A stretch of DNA of 64,000 nucleotides from Botryllus schlosseri (GCA_051294905.1 CM119371.1:4590001-4654000), one strand, 5' to 3'; numbered from the stretch's first letter, positions 49,196 through 63,028 are shown. Translations and numbers: made by a program. The notes: generated from the sequence alone by a model not told the origin.

Positions 49196-52100
49196 GCTGC
49201 TACTCATGTAGAAATGGAAATTAAGAATAGTAGAAGTGATTTGAAAGTATGTAGAATGTAGATTTTCTAAGCCTAGTTTGGCAGACAAAACTGGAAACAC
49301 TATAAAAGTGAGATTGACTTGTGACTTGGAAACTTGTCACTTGGTTACAATCCTGGTTGCTACTCAAGTAGAAGTGGAAATTACGAGTAGAAGTTGTGAT
49401 TTGAAAGTATGCAGAATGTAGATTTTCTAAGCCCAGTTTGGCTAACAAAATTGGAATGGTAAACTAGAAGTATTCAAAACAATGTGTACTTGAGACGTGG
49501 TCCAAGTGGGAAAACCTACTTCGTTAATGAGCAGTGAGCACGAGGGTTGTCCAAAACAAACTATTTTTTCGGGTTCCTGGGATTTACTGATGAAATTGTT
49601 AGGTTGCCTAAAAAATCGCTGCACACCATAGTTGGTTCGATTCCAACTGATAGATGTGAACGCACACGAGTTTAGAAATTTCGAATTCATTATGAAAAAA
49701 ATTGAATGAAAATTCAGATTTTACTGTCCACCCACGAAATTGTTACATTTTCTAAAAGAACGATGCGTGCCCATTTTTGCTCACCTCGAACAGGTAGAAG
49801 CGAAGTGATTGCACTTGAAAATGATGGATTCGCTAAAATATCCTGTCTACTTGGACCAAATTTAACTTTACTACTTGTAGTTCAGTGACAGTAAACTAGG
49901 TTACCTCTACTTGAGTAGCATCGGTAACTACTTTGACCACCATCTAGTTAAGCTTGCAATTTCATGTAAATTTACGAAGTTACTTCTACTTGACTTGCAA
50001 ATCTGATTACTTTGATCACTTCTGCGAGGGCTTTAATATATGCTTTTCTATCATAAAGGACAGCAGGAACTCGCCAAAGTGATTCTGTGTCCTCTGATGG
50101 AAGCCGCGACTTGCATCGACCACCAAAGTAACTTCACAACCTACAAAAGTTTGGGCACTGGCTTGCGATACACAGATTTTATGTTGGAAAGAATCATGTT
50201 TGCAGACTCTACTTCAGAAGATGAATCTTGATACGCTCAATACAACGAGCAATATATCTGTATCTATTTTCTACATATTTAATCATCTAAGCTTTCAATT
50301 CACTCTTTTTGAGCTTGGAGTGAATAAATGAATGAATGCATAATAGGAATGTATTGTTCGTTTCCGTATTCCAACTCTTGTAAACCGAGCTGATAGAATT
50401 TATCGAATTAGATGTGTCGAATTGAATTTCTGCAATAGGCTTTTTTTGGCGTTACAGTTTTGATGCGTGCAGGGGTGGTCAAAAGTAGTCTAATCTTTTT
50501 ACTCGATTTGCAGTGGAAGTCAAAGTCGCGAGGTAAATTTCCGCTAAATCACGAGTAGAGCTAGCGATTGTGGAGACATTTCAAAACTACTAGCCACTAG
50601 CGGGAGCAGATCATGAGAGACCTGAAAAGTAGCCTACTTCAGTAATTACTGTATATTGAAAAAGTTGATTAGGCTGAGGTGTACTACACGCAGTTAATCT
50701 CAAGAGTATATTTTCCAATGACGACATTAGGAATAGTTTCAATATTAAAAGATATTCCGTGACCGTGATACAGCTGTTTTGTTCACTTGTCCAGTTTATA
50801 TGACAATTTCACTCGTTAAAGGGATACAGACTTAGCCTAAATCATGTTATACTTTTCAAAATACAAAGTGTGTCATGTAACTAGCGTTGCTGAAAAAACT
50901 TTTGAGTAGCCCAGTAGTCCAAAGACCTAGCCAGTAAGTCAGATTGAGAACGCCGAAAAGTAAAAGTAGGCTGCTTTGCTACTGACCAGCGCTGAAGATG
51001 TAGGGGTGGCTGTTGGAAAAAGATTAAGAAAGTGTAATTTGTTGAGACAAAGTCTCCATTCACCCATGCTGTCTATGCCGACGTTGGAAGGTGAAAATGG
51101 TCGACAGATAGTGCCCTGTTCCTGATGTATTCTGAGATTTTGAAGTTACCTGAGAGACATTCATTACGTCAACCGATGAGGCAAAACATGTATAAATATT
51201 CCTATCAATTACTGACACACGTCTGTCTTTTATGAATATTAATTGCAGGCTAGTGCCAAATATAGCAAGAAAATAACTTGTTTACGTGGAAATTGGTAGA
51301 CGCTAGCGAATTCTGTAGCTGACTTTCTTGAAATAAACGTCCATCGTTCATCCCATTCATTTTCATCCAGCAGCTCATTTTGAGGTTGTTCTGGGATAGT
51401 GGTTATGTATATCACCCACTGAGCTATATAAACACTGGAGTGCGCAACTTACCGTGACGGCGGAGAAAATTGAAAAACAGCTCTGGCTACCTACTTGCGC
51501 ACTGGTGCTTATGGTGAACTACTGGGATTCTCCGTGTTTTTACGCTTTTCGGGGGGTTTTCGTCTGGAATAAGTATGTTTTATCACAAAACTAACACAGA
51601 CCATATTAATGAACTATAGTATACCCTTTCTAATAGGTATGTCAGCCTTGAATGACGCCATGGATTGCATTTGCGACTTCAGTATCCATAGATGGATCTA
51701 AAACGGCGAAGACTCGTGTGTAACTTCAAGGGATACTGCATTGCAACGACATTCCGACGCGAATATTTCAACGATTAGCTTCTGACTACATCAAACTCAA
51801 CGTGAAGCAGTCTTGAGTAGCAGTGATGCTAATCGCCTTCGGTGATGTTTGCTTGCGAGTGCAGGAACACATCAAGTTTGCTCTCGATGTCTCAAAGAAG
51901 TTATCTAAACCTAAACTGCTTCTGCCCTGTCCATGATTTTGCCACGGTTATTAAACTGTAATTGCACTATGACTATACGGTTCTATGCACCAGAAATATA
52001 TCAACGAGATCATTGTGATATACGGTATTTTTATTTTAGCGATCCACATAGAAAGAGTATGGTTCAACTGGGCAATTCATAAATAGTTTTCAACGTTGCC

Positions 52101-52541
52101 GGAAATATGCCAGTCTTTTGTGCCACCGAAATAAAGAAGGATAATTGGTTTCTTGCAGATTGAGATAACCAAATAGGCTTGTCATTGAATACGGTACCCT
52201 GTAAAACCAAAATATCAGAAACAGAACAACAAAACTAATTCATGTAATTGCTTGAGTGTCAGGAATGCTGAACACTTGCATTTAAAACAGAACTAGCCAA
52301 GAAAGAAACATGTTGACATTGATGCTACTGAAATAATTCCTGGTCGAGTTGATATAGTTGCCGATTGTCAACATTGAAATCTTTTGGGTGAAATCTGGCT
52401 TTAGGGTTGTATCGGAAGACACACTGGGTATACGAGGTTTTAAGATTTTTATGGTAGAACTGTTAAAATATATGGAACTAGTTCTTTACAATAGTATTTT
52501 CTTTTGGCGATTTTTAGCTAGATGTATGTATGTATAATTAT

Positions 52542-53395
52542 TAGGGCGTTTTTTTTTTACCTAAAAAAAAGGGAAATTTTAACCTAAAAAATCAAAATTT
52601 TGACTTTTTTTGACCTAAACAAACTGAATCTTGACCAAATTCTGGCCTAACATATGCAGATTAGGTGTTTTCCCACATAATGTTAAAATTGTACCACTCA
52701 ATCTTTATTTCCGGCTGGAACTGACTGTCCTAACGACGCAGTTTGGCCTGAAAAAAAAACGTTTTTGGCTTAGAAACAGGCAACTTTTTACATGAAAAAA
52801 ACAATATTTTAACGAAATCTGGCCCTATGAAGAATTCCAGTGGTTACAATATGTATTATGGTAGAAATAATTAAAAGATGTTATAGTACAACGAGAGATA
52901 CTTTCCTACATTCTTGGGTAGAAAGTGCATGTCATTACTAAGAAGCTTGCCAAGGACGTTTAACAGCAGCAGTTGTTGGCTGACAACACTCAAGTTGTGC
53001 GTACACTGCTGGTGACACACCGTGTTGCTTTATTCTGACAATGTTGTCTACATCACAATTTTTCATCGTGCTCTTCTTAATGTAAGAATGATGCAATGTC
53101 CAAGAAGTCTTTCTTCAGTTAGGATATTGCGGTATGTTGACCATAACACCATGTCTACCTATTTGTTTTATTTGACCGTTTACGATTCACAATGAGCAGA
53201 CAATTAGCCGTTTACAACGGTAGTCCTATAAAATAGGCTACAAGCTGTAAAATATCAAATGATATGTACACCGACAGTGCAGAATCTACGATACAAACGA
53301 AATGCAGATGTCGAAAAAATTTTGACTTGATGAAAAATTTTGACAAATTTTGACCTAACGCTACAATTTTGACATGTCAAAAAAAAACCGCCCTA
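52542..53395 (-). mobile_element. Non-autonomous hAT element, inverted paralog of 6459-7634 without the SINE
   Basis: TIRs TAGGGCG / CGCCCTA, TSD ATAATTAT / ATAATTAA, colinear similarity along its length. Confidence 0.9.
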
Positions 53396-53599
53396 ATAAT
53401 TAAACATAAATGATTTCAGTAGAAATTCCACCCCCTATTTAAGTGAGGGTCTCGAGACGATTTCATTGGGTCTGTGACAGCTTTTCGACCAAATTGCTAC
53501 TAAGCACGGAAAAGTCAGGCCGCTGGTGAAAGTAAATCAAAAATCGTCAGATTATATTTTCATCTGAACAAGACACACACAGATAGGAGCATGCCGAAC

Positions 53600-54195
53600 G
53601 ACCATAGTTGCAGTTTCTCAAACTGGCATCCACCTTGGCCTAGTGCTCGTCTGCTCGATGTCACAGTTCCTTTCAGTGTTAGTCTCTATTCCGCGGCTCT
53701 TTCTTGCTCATTCCATTGTTTCAGAGCTCTTTCCATTCTTTGGAGCAGATCCTTTAATATTTTGAGGGCTTCCAATTTTCTCTCTTGATGTCTCTAATCC
53801 ATTCGTTCTTTAGAGCATCATTGCTTCCAAGGGAAACTGAACACATACCATAGTAATAATCAGGTGTTCTTAAGCATTCCTTCAGCTACAAACTAATGCA
53901 TAATACAATCATCTGTTCATGTATATCTGTAAATAGAAAATTGTTCAAAGTGTCAAGCTGGCATCAAGCAAAATGTTAGATGAAAAATTGTCTCCCTTAT
54001 AAATGCTAAAATCTCACAGATAAAAAGTAAGTGGATATCGCCGCTTACACTGTATTTCCTCATCCTCGCTATAACTCCTCACAAACTCGATACTGCCTTC
54101 AAACGTTTTGTACAGCCATAAGCTTATAACTTATAAGCACAGCACACCTGACCGACTGATCCCCACCCCCCTCGACATTATCTTCTTGGAATCAC
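53600..54195 (-). pseudogene. Spliced THAP-domain gene or transposase relic
   Basis: Exon 54195-54049 gives QVCCAY[dup]GCTKR then gtaagc; exon from 53836 (after tgttcag) gives FPL/GSNDALKNEWIRDIKRENWKPSKY*RICSK, matching the THAP C2CH consensus. Confidence 0.75.
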
Positions 54196-55627
54196 CTGTA
54201 CATGGATGTGAGAATGCATATGGATGAAAAATTTAAAAGGATCACCCAGTGATCAGTGATATTAGTTCAGAGTTGTGAATCTTACTTCTATAGCTAACTG
54301 CTGTTCTGACATCTGAGTTATATCCTGTTTCTATCGTACTTCTTATTCTATTCCCAGAATTCCCGATGTTATAATCTGTAAGTTATAGGAATAAATGGTT
54401 TAGTATAAACGCAATATCAAAAGATGGACGGCTGATAACTAACAGTACCTGATTATTAGTCCGTTTTATGAAGGTACAATGCGTAAACCCAAAAGCGTCC
54501 AGGTAAAATTTCCGACGACTAGGTAGATAAGGAGACAAAATGGCTACGCTTCAATTGTCTCCGCTGGAGACAACATTGGGAATACGAGATGCGCAGGCGC
54601 ACCGCTTGATATCACCCCAATAAACCTCTCTAAACGGCAATATGTTTTTATGAGTAGGCTATTGGCAATTAAAATGAGTTTGCGCAGTAGGATATTTCAT
54701 CTCAGACGGCCATTATGTCGATGTGAGTCATGCAGTTGTAAGCGAAACTGTCTTGTAATAATCAATCATTTTGCAAGTTTAGAGGCTTAGCGGACCAACT
54801 GAACATGCTTCGCGGACCTACGGTTGAGAACCGCTGAACTAGGTTCTCTGTTCTTTCTACGCAATTAAAGGGTGTGACGGAGGTGTGTCTGTAGCCAGTG
54901 CCGGGCTGCCGGCTGGCAAAATCGATATGCGGCACTTCCGAAAGCGATACGAAAGCGCGCGTGTAGTAGCCTAATAACAGTAGCACAGATACTGTTGCAG
55001 ACAGATTGAATATTATGGGAAATTGTACCAGTCAGGCGCTTCCAGATAACTTAGGGTGGCATGTTTTACTTTACGATAATAATGTCATGTAGCATTCAAG
55101 CTGTCAGGATTCCAGAATTTCATCTATGAAATTTACATGTTGTAACGACTCTTGCCTTACACTGATAGCTAATTCGTTGAGTTCCCCGAGACCTAAGATT
55201 GTGTTGCACGTATGTCTGGAGAAAGAGCAAGCTTATACAAACCACCAATCCAGTTAGTTGACGTTCAACTAGTTACTGTCTTTTTTAGTAGTTCTGGTTG
55301 TCCTGTATGTAATTGGTGTCCTGTTCTCACACAATTCTTTAATTTTTAGTTCTATTTAATCACTGTATCTTGGAGAATCATCGTGACTCACCTAGGCAAA
55401 ACGTACCGAGATTTCAATAGGGCTAGTTGTAGTTGCGCATTTTAAAAAGTGATTAGTTCTAGTTGTGTATTTCTAAGCTAGGTTCACAAAACCCAAGTTC
55501 TTGACAGCATTGAAATAATATAAATGTGCAGTTGTTGTCGGTCAAGTAACATTTCGTGGATCTAGTCTACTTTCTTATCCATAACAACATGACCATCACC
55601 AATCAGAGTCCCCCCATGAACACATCT

Positions 55628-55977
55628 AAATTTATGGCGTTTATAATTGAATTAGGGTTGGGGTATCGAAGTAACGTAGGAGCATTCTGTTGTACTCTTA
55701 CTCCCAACCCTAATCCTATGATACCCCAACCTAATTATAATTACGGTACTAACAACCCACTTTAAACCTCATCCGAACTCTAATATCATGGACTCCAGCC
55801 TAGCCTTTCAATACCCTAACCAATCCACAACTCTAATTTAAAGATACCTTAATTTTACTACCCTAACCTAATCCTAAACTACAACCCTAATCTTATGCGA
55901 CTCCAGCCTAACCCTTACCCCAACCCTAATTTTATGACTCAAACTAATCCCTAATCAATTATAAACCCAATAAATTT
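55628..55977. repeat. Degenerate (CCCTAA)-like repeat inside inverted termini
   Basis: AAATTTATGGCGTTTATAATTGAATTAGGG ... CCCTAATCAATTATAAACCCAATAAATTT; MITE-like, not a telomere. Confidence 0.6.
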
Positions 55978-56239
55978 GGCAACATTGTCATAGAATGAAT
56001 ATCCAGTGAAATCTTCAAAATATCATGTATGATACAAACTGATTATATGTTGTGACAGACAGTTTGTATTCTAGTACTCGTACTCGTACCATCTTCTGCT
56101 GGATGATTTTTTTGAATTTGTTTTTGTATTTTCTCAATGACGCAGTCTACGGTGTGATAAAATCTTGTAGTTTAGTCCTTCCATCTTTCGTAGCCAGTGC
56201 TGGGATCGATGCAATACCTTCGAGTCCTTTCCTGTAGAT

Positions 56240-57055
56240 CAGGGGTGTCAAACTCAAATTGCGTCGCGGGCCGGATTCAAGCCTTCAAATCGCTCCCGGG
56301 CCGGACCAGTCAACTGATTCCAAAATGTTACCTCGTGCTCTTGCTTTTCACTTGAATACCTTAAAAGCATATATAGATGGTACGATGATCATAAGGTTTT
56401 TAAAGTAGCAAGTCGCAAAACCTCTATTCGCGAACAATGGACTTGGCAAAAATGCGATGATTGCCAGTTGAATACAGTTTAGAACTGCTGGAACAGTGGC
56501 GTTAACGAAGATATAAGTAGCCATATTCTATGCTCCCTTTGCTTTAGTAGTAGTCTGCCGTTAGCCCTGCATATGGGTTGCGAGGAATACAAGATATTTG
56601 ATTGGAAACGCGGACGTTGCAGTTTAGTTTATTATTATTAAACCGTGAGTCCGGTTTCTCTGATGTGTGGGGATATATTGGGTCGAAATTGACACACCAG
56701 TGCGACCATGAATCTTTCAATTATATATTTGTGCAACTAATATATTTCCCCTACTTTTTCCCTGTCCTCATTGGCGTTTTCGCTCCTGTGAATAACTACC
56801 TTTTTGGTCCATATTTGGTGTGCATTTTTGCCTTCTTGAAATTGGATGTTGATTTCACCGATTTGGTACTATAGAGGTAACTAGAGTGAAACCACAGTGC
56901 TGTAGTCGAATAATGGGCATTATGAAAATGGACGTATTTTCTGCAAAATATCTCAACATTTGTTATAAATGTGCTGGAAAATATATAAAAAAATTTCAAT
57001 CCACTCAAAATTGCTTCGCGAGCCGGATGAAATGGCCGTATGTTTGACACCCCTG
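56240..57055. mobile_element. hAT (Charlie-like) MITE
   Basis: TIRs CAGGGGTGTCAAAC / GTTTGACACCCCTG, perfect TSD CTGTAGAT. Confidence 0.95.
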
Positions 57056-57262
57056 CTGTAGATAATAAAACGACTTTCACCAATCCGTGTTCCCCACGAA
57101 CATGTCGAAATTTATGGCTTTTATAATTGGTTCAGGGCAGACTTCAACTTTGAGCTGTTCTATTTTAGCTTAGCATTAGAATTATTGTGACATTATACAT
57201 TGTTTTCAAATCTCATTGATGAAGTCTTCCCCATTATATTGATAGTTTTGTATGTTGTACTC

Positions 57263-60200
57263 CAGTGCTGTTCAACCTGTGTGACGGTTTGCACTTGTGC
57301 GAATAAAAAAAATTGCAGTGCGAATGACGAAGGTGGTGCGAATGAAAATCTGGATCAAGTGCGAATGAAAATTGGGATTAAATGTTCATTTTTCTGACGT
57401 GGAATAATTCAAATGAGCCTAATAGGAAATTTAAGAATAGTGTAACCTTTGTAGTTGCGACGCAATCGTAAAAACTTGATACGACGCACCACTATAATTA
57501 TTACATAACCAAAGCCTGGTTTGGAAGCTGGTGTAGTGACAGTATAGAGATCTCTACAATCTCTATAGTGGCAGACATACAGTATATCAGCCCGTCTGAG
57601 CCTGCGCCAGACTGACAAAAATGACGTCAAATTGACTTTCTGCTTTCTTTCGCTAATCAATCATCATATTTCCGTAATAACTGTTCGATTAGCGCGAGGC
57701 ACGAGGATAGTAGTAAATACCATCATTACAGACTCACATTTGCAAGTTACTGTAACGTAAAATTTTACCCCTTCAAGGGTTATCAAAGTTTGGATCGCAA
57801 ATGGTATAATTTTGGGTCGACACGGTGCCAGAGCTATCTGTTTATATGTATGCAATAATTATTGAATTTATTGCAAAAAATCCTGCGATCGTTTTTACAT
57901 ATCTAAGATCACTGTGTTGCGTACTATAGCCAATAAGCGAGACACGCAATAAATACGGCTTCATCATGAGAATTCATGATAAGATTGTTTCGACTGTTTT
58001 TTTTTCTTCTGGAAAACATGATCGAAGACCGTTGGGATGAACTAGTGTAGGGGTGTGCAACGAGCGAATTCAGGCCTATGAGACACATTCATTTCGAGGC
58101 CAACCCTTTTCTGCGTCGGGACACAAGAAGACGTAAAGTTTTGGCGAACAAACCGCTGGCGAACTTAAAAACCTCGGTTTAAAAATGGCCGATGCTGGAT
58201 GGCCGAACATTTCGAGATGGATTGGATATGCACCGTTGTCGGCACGGAATAGTCCCGTTCCTACATCTGAGTAGACAGTAGTACAACTGCGATACGCAGA
58301 GGAATTTAATTCTCCCTAATTTGAAATCGCGAGCGTCAGACATGTTTTGTAGAGCTGTGATGGTAGAATTGTGGTGTGCGTGTTCTGTACGTCATACATG
58401 TCCGTAAAATCGTAGCATACAACTGTAATATTAAAAATAAATTCTTTTTCATGGGTAAGGCTCGGGTCGCGAAATGCTACAAAAACTCAGATTTTAGTGG
58501 TAGTCTAAAAGCTGCTTTACCTGTATAAAATGTCGTGCATTCTCAAGTTAGATTGAGCTAAAGGGCAGAACACACAGTATCGTGAGTTATTTGATATTCT
58601 CATAAACTTGCGAGACAGAAGTTGGAGCAACGTATCATAAGGTAGCGAGCTCTAATGTGCCTGCACTTTATGTTCCAAAGACATAAGGCAAAAACGTCAA
58701 CACAAACATGTTGGTTTGACATCCTTTCGACAAACTGGAGCCTCGCGGGACCTTTGTGTCAGCTCTCATAAACGATTTCTGCCAGCAAGCATTTTTCACT
58801 CGCGAAAAATACGCTATATTTTTGATAGGACTGCAGAACAGATTTTAAGACCTGGCCATCCAATCACTCAGGCGCGTATCCAGAGTGCGAAAAAGGGGGG
58901 GGGGTTGCGTTACGAAATTGGCTATTGTGACGTCATCATTACGATCACTCGTCTCCACGCCATGACGAATATTTATATATTATAGTTTAATAATAAACAG
59001 AGATTTGCGGTGAGTGGGAGATGTACGAATACGATACGAACATTGCCTGAAAATCGCGTTTCTTTTACGGTATGATTGAAAGAAATTCGTAAAGGCTCAC
59101 ATCTAGTCCGTCTTCAAGCGCCTAGTTCCGGTCAGAGATGCGCGATTTTGTTGGGCTTTGACGATATTATGCGCACGGTCGGTAGTATCGCAGCGGACGA
59201 ACAAGCGCGGAATGGGGCGGTAGCATAAACGAGGGCCATCGCGATCGCCACAGAGAGGTGTGGTGTGAACAGTGTACGTCGTATACGAATGTGTGCTTTT
59301 CGATGGCTTTACAAGCCATACGGCTGAGCGTGTAGTGTGCGCGAAGATAATTAGACCTTCATTGCAAGCACGCAAGTCAGTCAACTAATACAGAGTACAC
59401 ACTGGGATAATAACTTGATCGACAGAGAAACTTGTCAGCCGATATAATTAGGTTAACTTTACTACTAGGCCTACTCAATTCTCCCGTTCAGCGACAACAT
59501 AGGCCTGTATTTGGACGACAGCAGGTCACCTAACAATCGGGAACGTGGATTGCTAGGCTTGTATTTTGAAATGTGAATGTCAATCCTAGGCCATTTCTCG
59601 CCAATAATCGCGAATACAATGTGGATTTCAGAATAGCATTGTCGTACTGGTGCTGTCGTGTCTGCGTCTCGCTGATCAATCAACACGCCGCGTGCAATTC
59701 TAAATTAGGATTTCAAGGCGAGCAGGTGCAGCGAATTCGCGAGCGATGTTGATTGCCGACAACTTCGTCTTTGCAATTACGTATCGCGTCGGCCAATTAG
59801 ATTAGACTTTCCTAAAATGCGTCTCTCGTTTTAGCAAGGCGAGAGAGAAATCGAGGGAAGAAAGTTGAGAACGTCAGCAATTGCCACAGCTGAAATGTAG
59901 CTGAACAAGCGCAGAATTCGTATGGAATTAGCGAATTATAATGACCTATTTTATCCTTTCGACTAATTCGGCGCATAATTCCAATATTTGGTAGGGGTGT
60001 TAGTCCCCTTAAATAACATTAAGACGCCATATTCGCCTTCTCATACGTAAAAACGAATATGTTAAACTAATAAATTAGCAAATATTAGAGGCTATATTGA
60101 CATCAATTTTTAGGATTTAGAAAAGGGGGGGGGGGTTCCGACCCCCTAAAAACCCCCCCCTGGATACGCCACTGCAATCACTAGTAGACATTGTTGTACA

Positions 60201-60440
60201 AATTCCCAACAACATTGTTTGGCTGAGAAGGGTTTTAGTGAAATAATTGAAAGCAATACGAGCGAAAAAAGTTGCCTTTTTAATGAGACACTAGATAGCT
60301 TGAGCTACATAGTTGCCAATTTGTTGCACATCTGAAAAAAATGTTGTTCTTTTTTATAACAATTTTCGATTAGTTTGTGCGAATGAAATTTATCTTACAA
60401 AAAAAGTGCGAACGGAGCTCAAAAAGGTTAAAAAGCACTG
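57263..60440. mobile_element. Non-autonomous hAT element upstream of ZNF copy 2
   Basis: Termini CAGTGCTGTTCAACC / GGTTAAAAAGCACTG, perfect TSD TTGTACTC, GTGCGAATGA subterminal repeats. Confidence 0.9.
58869..60174. mobile_element. Nested non-autonomous hAT element
   Basis: Termini CAGGCGCGTATCCAG / CTGGATACGCCACTG, perfect TSD CAATCACT. Confidence 0.9.
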
Positions 60441-60604
60441 TTGTACTCTATTTTGTTATGATAATTGCTCTGTCTACAATCTTGTAATGCTGTTTGTTTA
60501 AAATAGTTCTACACTTGATGCATTGCAGATGTAGCCATACTATAATTGAACCAAGTTTATATGCTGAAATACCGAAGATCTGTGGCTGTGGGTCTTTTCT
60601 CTAG

Positions 60605-62108
60605 TGTCATAAAGAAAAGCATTCTGTGGATCCAGTATTAACTATTGATCACGACTTGACAGAACGCCAATTCGATATATATTGGAAAGCCTTTAATGGG
60701 AATAGTAACCTCAAGCTTCATTTGGATATGCACGCTGGCATCAGAAATGTTGAATGTGATGTATGTGGTAAACTCACTCCGAAGGATACCATCAAGCGTC
60801 ATATGAATATGCATACTGGCATCAAAAATCATGTTTGTGATATCTGTGGGAAAGCATTCACTCAGAAGGGTACCCTCAAGCATCATATGGATGTACATGC
60901 TGGGATAAAAAATCATATGTGTGAAATATGTGGTAATGCATTCACTCAGAAGGGTACCCTCAAGTTGCATATGGATATTCATACTGGCATCAAAAATCAT
61001 GTTTGTGATATCTGTGGGAAAGCATTCACTGAGAAGGGTACCCTCAAGCATCATATGGATGTACATGCTGGAATCAAAAATCATACATGTGCTATATGTG
61101 GTAAGGCATTTACTCGGAAGGATACCATGAAGCATCATATGGATATGCATACTGGCATCAAAATCATATTTGTGATATATGTGGGAAAGCATTTACTGAG
61201 AAAAGTACCTTCAAGGATCATATGGATATGCATGCTGGCATAAAAAATCATGTTTGTGATATCTGTGGGAAAGCATTCACTAGGAATGGTCACCTCAAGT
61301 GTCATATGGATAGGCATGCTGGAAGCAGAAATCATACATGTGCTATATGTGATAAAGCATTCACTCAGAGGGGTGACCTCAAGCTTCATATGGATATGCA
61401 TGCTGGCATCAAAAAGCATGTTTGTGATATCTGTGGGAAAGCATTCACTAAGAATGGTCACCTCAAGTGTCATATGGATAGGCATGCTGGAAGCAGAAAT
61501 CATACATGTGCTATATGTGATAAAGCATTCACTCAGAGGGGTAACCTCAAGCGTCATATGGATAGGCATGCTGGAAGCAGAAATCATACATGTGCTATAT
61601 GTGGTAAAGCATTCACTCAGAGGGGTGACCTCAAGCTTCATATGGATATACATGCTGGCATCAAAAAGCATGTTTGTGATATCTGTGGGAAAGCATTCAC
61701 CAAGAATGGTCACCTCAAGCGTCATATGGATAGGCATGCTGGAAGCAGAAATCATACATGTGCTATATGTGGTAAAGCATTCACTCAGAGGGGTGACCTC
61801 AAGCTTCATATGGATATACATGCTGGCATCAAAAAGCATGTTTGTGATATCTGTGGGAAAGCATTCACCAAGAATGGTCACCTCAAGCGTCATATGGATA
61901 GGCATGCTGGAAGCAGAAATCATACATGTGCTATATGTGGTAAAGCATTCACTCAGACGGGTACCCTCAAGCTTCATATGGATAGGCATGCTGGGAGCAA
62001 AAATCATGCATGTGCTATATGAGATATAGCATTCACTCGGAAGGGTACCCTCGAGCAAAATATGGCTATGCATGCTGGCACCAAGATTCATATTGTCATA
62101 TACCGTAA
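60605..62108 (+). pseudogene. Tandem C2H2 zinc-finger exon, paralog of 8018-9274 (~14 canonical fingers); frameshifted, so either a pseudogene or an assembly indel
   Basis: Same acceptor CTTTTCTCTAG and N-terminal leader; A5 to A4 change at 61160-61163 splits ORFs 60626-61243 and 61222-62022; TGA at 62020-62022 in the last finger. Confidence 0.85.
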
Positions 62109-62839
62109 TTTCTCATGTATGATACGCCCCGCGAGACTTGCGACACGGTAATCCTTGTTAATACTGGCAAAAAAAAATCATAAATGTCAAGCTTTCTGAA
62201 ACCGCCAACATCAAGCACGTGGATTGAAGTGTTGAGTTCTAAAGTCACGCAAGGTCATGATCAAGTAATTCGAGTCGTGCATGATGCATCCACCTTAGAA
62301 TTGTTTCGCTGCTAGCAGTGTCAAGTGATTGCCCTTGAGAGCGGACGTATCACTACATTTCTCAAGCTATCATACTGTATGAGCCAACATATTTTTCATG
62401 TACACTTTATGATAGTCATGCAACATATTGCATTAATACTGGGTAATATGAAAGAGACAAGTATTGTTGTACATTTTTTGAGTATTGATGTACATTTGTT
62501 GACAAGCGTTCTACATTTCTCCAATATCCTTGTGATCGGTTTTCGTTTGTGTGATGATCTTGCAGCCATTGCTAGCTAGTAATTGCTTAGTTAGTCCTGA
62601 ATAGTGGTAGTTCTGTCTGTCTGATTCTTCAGTCATTTTGTACCGATGTTCATGTAGAAAGCAAATCTGATTCCTATAAAATATAACGATTGGTCTGCTT
62701 CGGAATCAAATCTGGTAGTTGTGTTTCGTTTGTTACTGATTTTCAAATGTCGTTAGTGATTTAGTTGTGCAGTTTAAACATTCAGTAGTTTGTATAAGTC
62801 TGGTGCCAGCTTGTTTATGTACGATATTTCATTTTGCAG

Positions 62840-63028
62840 ATTGATTAAATCGATTATATCCGAAAAAGTATACCTTGCAACGAAAGAGATCTCTGAATTC
62901 ATGTGTGATGACTCTACTTGGAACCATACAGGAGAGATCCATTTCTTGGCAAAGGCGGATTTGCCAAATGCATTATACTTATTGAAGTCAGAACAAAACA
63001 AGCTTTCGCTTGTTAAAATATGCCAACG
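62840..63028 (+). pseudogene. PLK1: PLK1-like exon E1 copy 2
   Basis: ttttgcag|..TKEISEFMCDDST/PYRRDPFLGKGGFAKCIILIEVRTKQAFAC*NMPT|gtgagt. Confidence 0.9.

Larger units (their letters stand above)
42641..50231 (+). pseudogene. PLK1: Longest colinear PLK1-like pseudogene: E3 42641-42760, E4 43145-43326, E5 start 43895-43937, E6 44319-44474, E7 46085-46248, E8 47078-47140, E9 48388-48518, last exon 50067-50231
   Basis: [143 protein letters not shown] (polo-box motifs); HRD lost, stops and deletions. Confidence 0.92.

Noticed and set aside
15887..50231. A functional PLK1 assembled by alternative splicing of the best exon copies
   Set aside because: E1 lacks the catalytic Lys, all E4 copies have stops or frameshifts, E5 is truncated, and the polo-box exons have deletions with one not found
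55640..55970. Telomere-like CCCTAA repeats
   Set aside because: Highly degenerate, interstitial and bounded by inverted repeats; MITE-like
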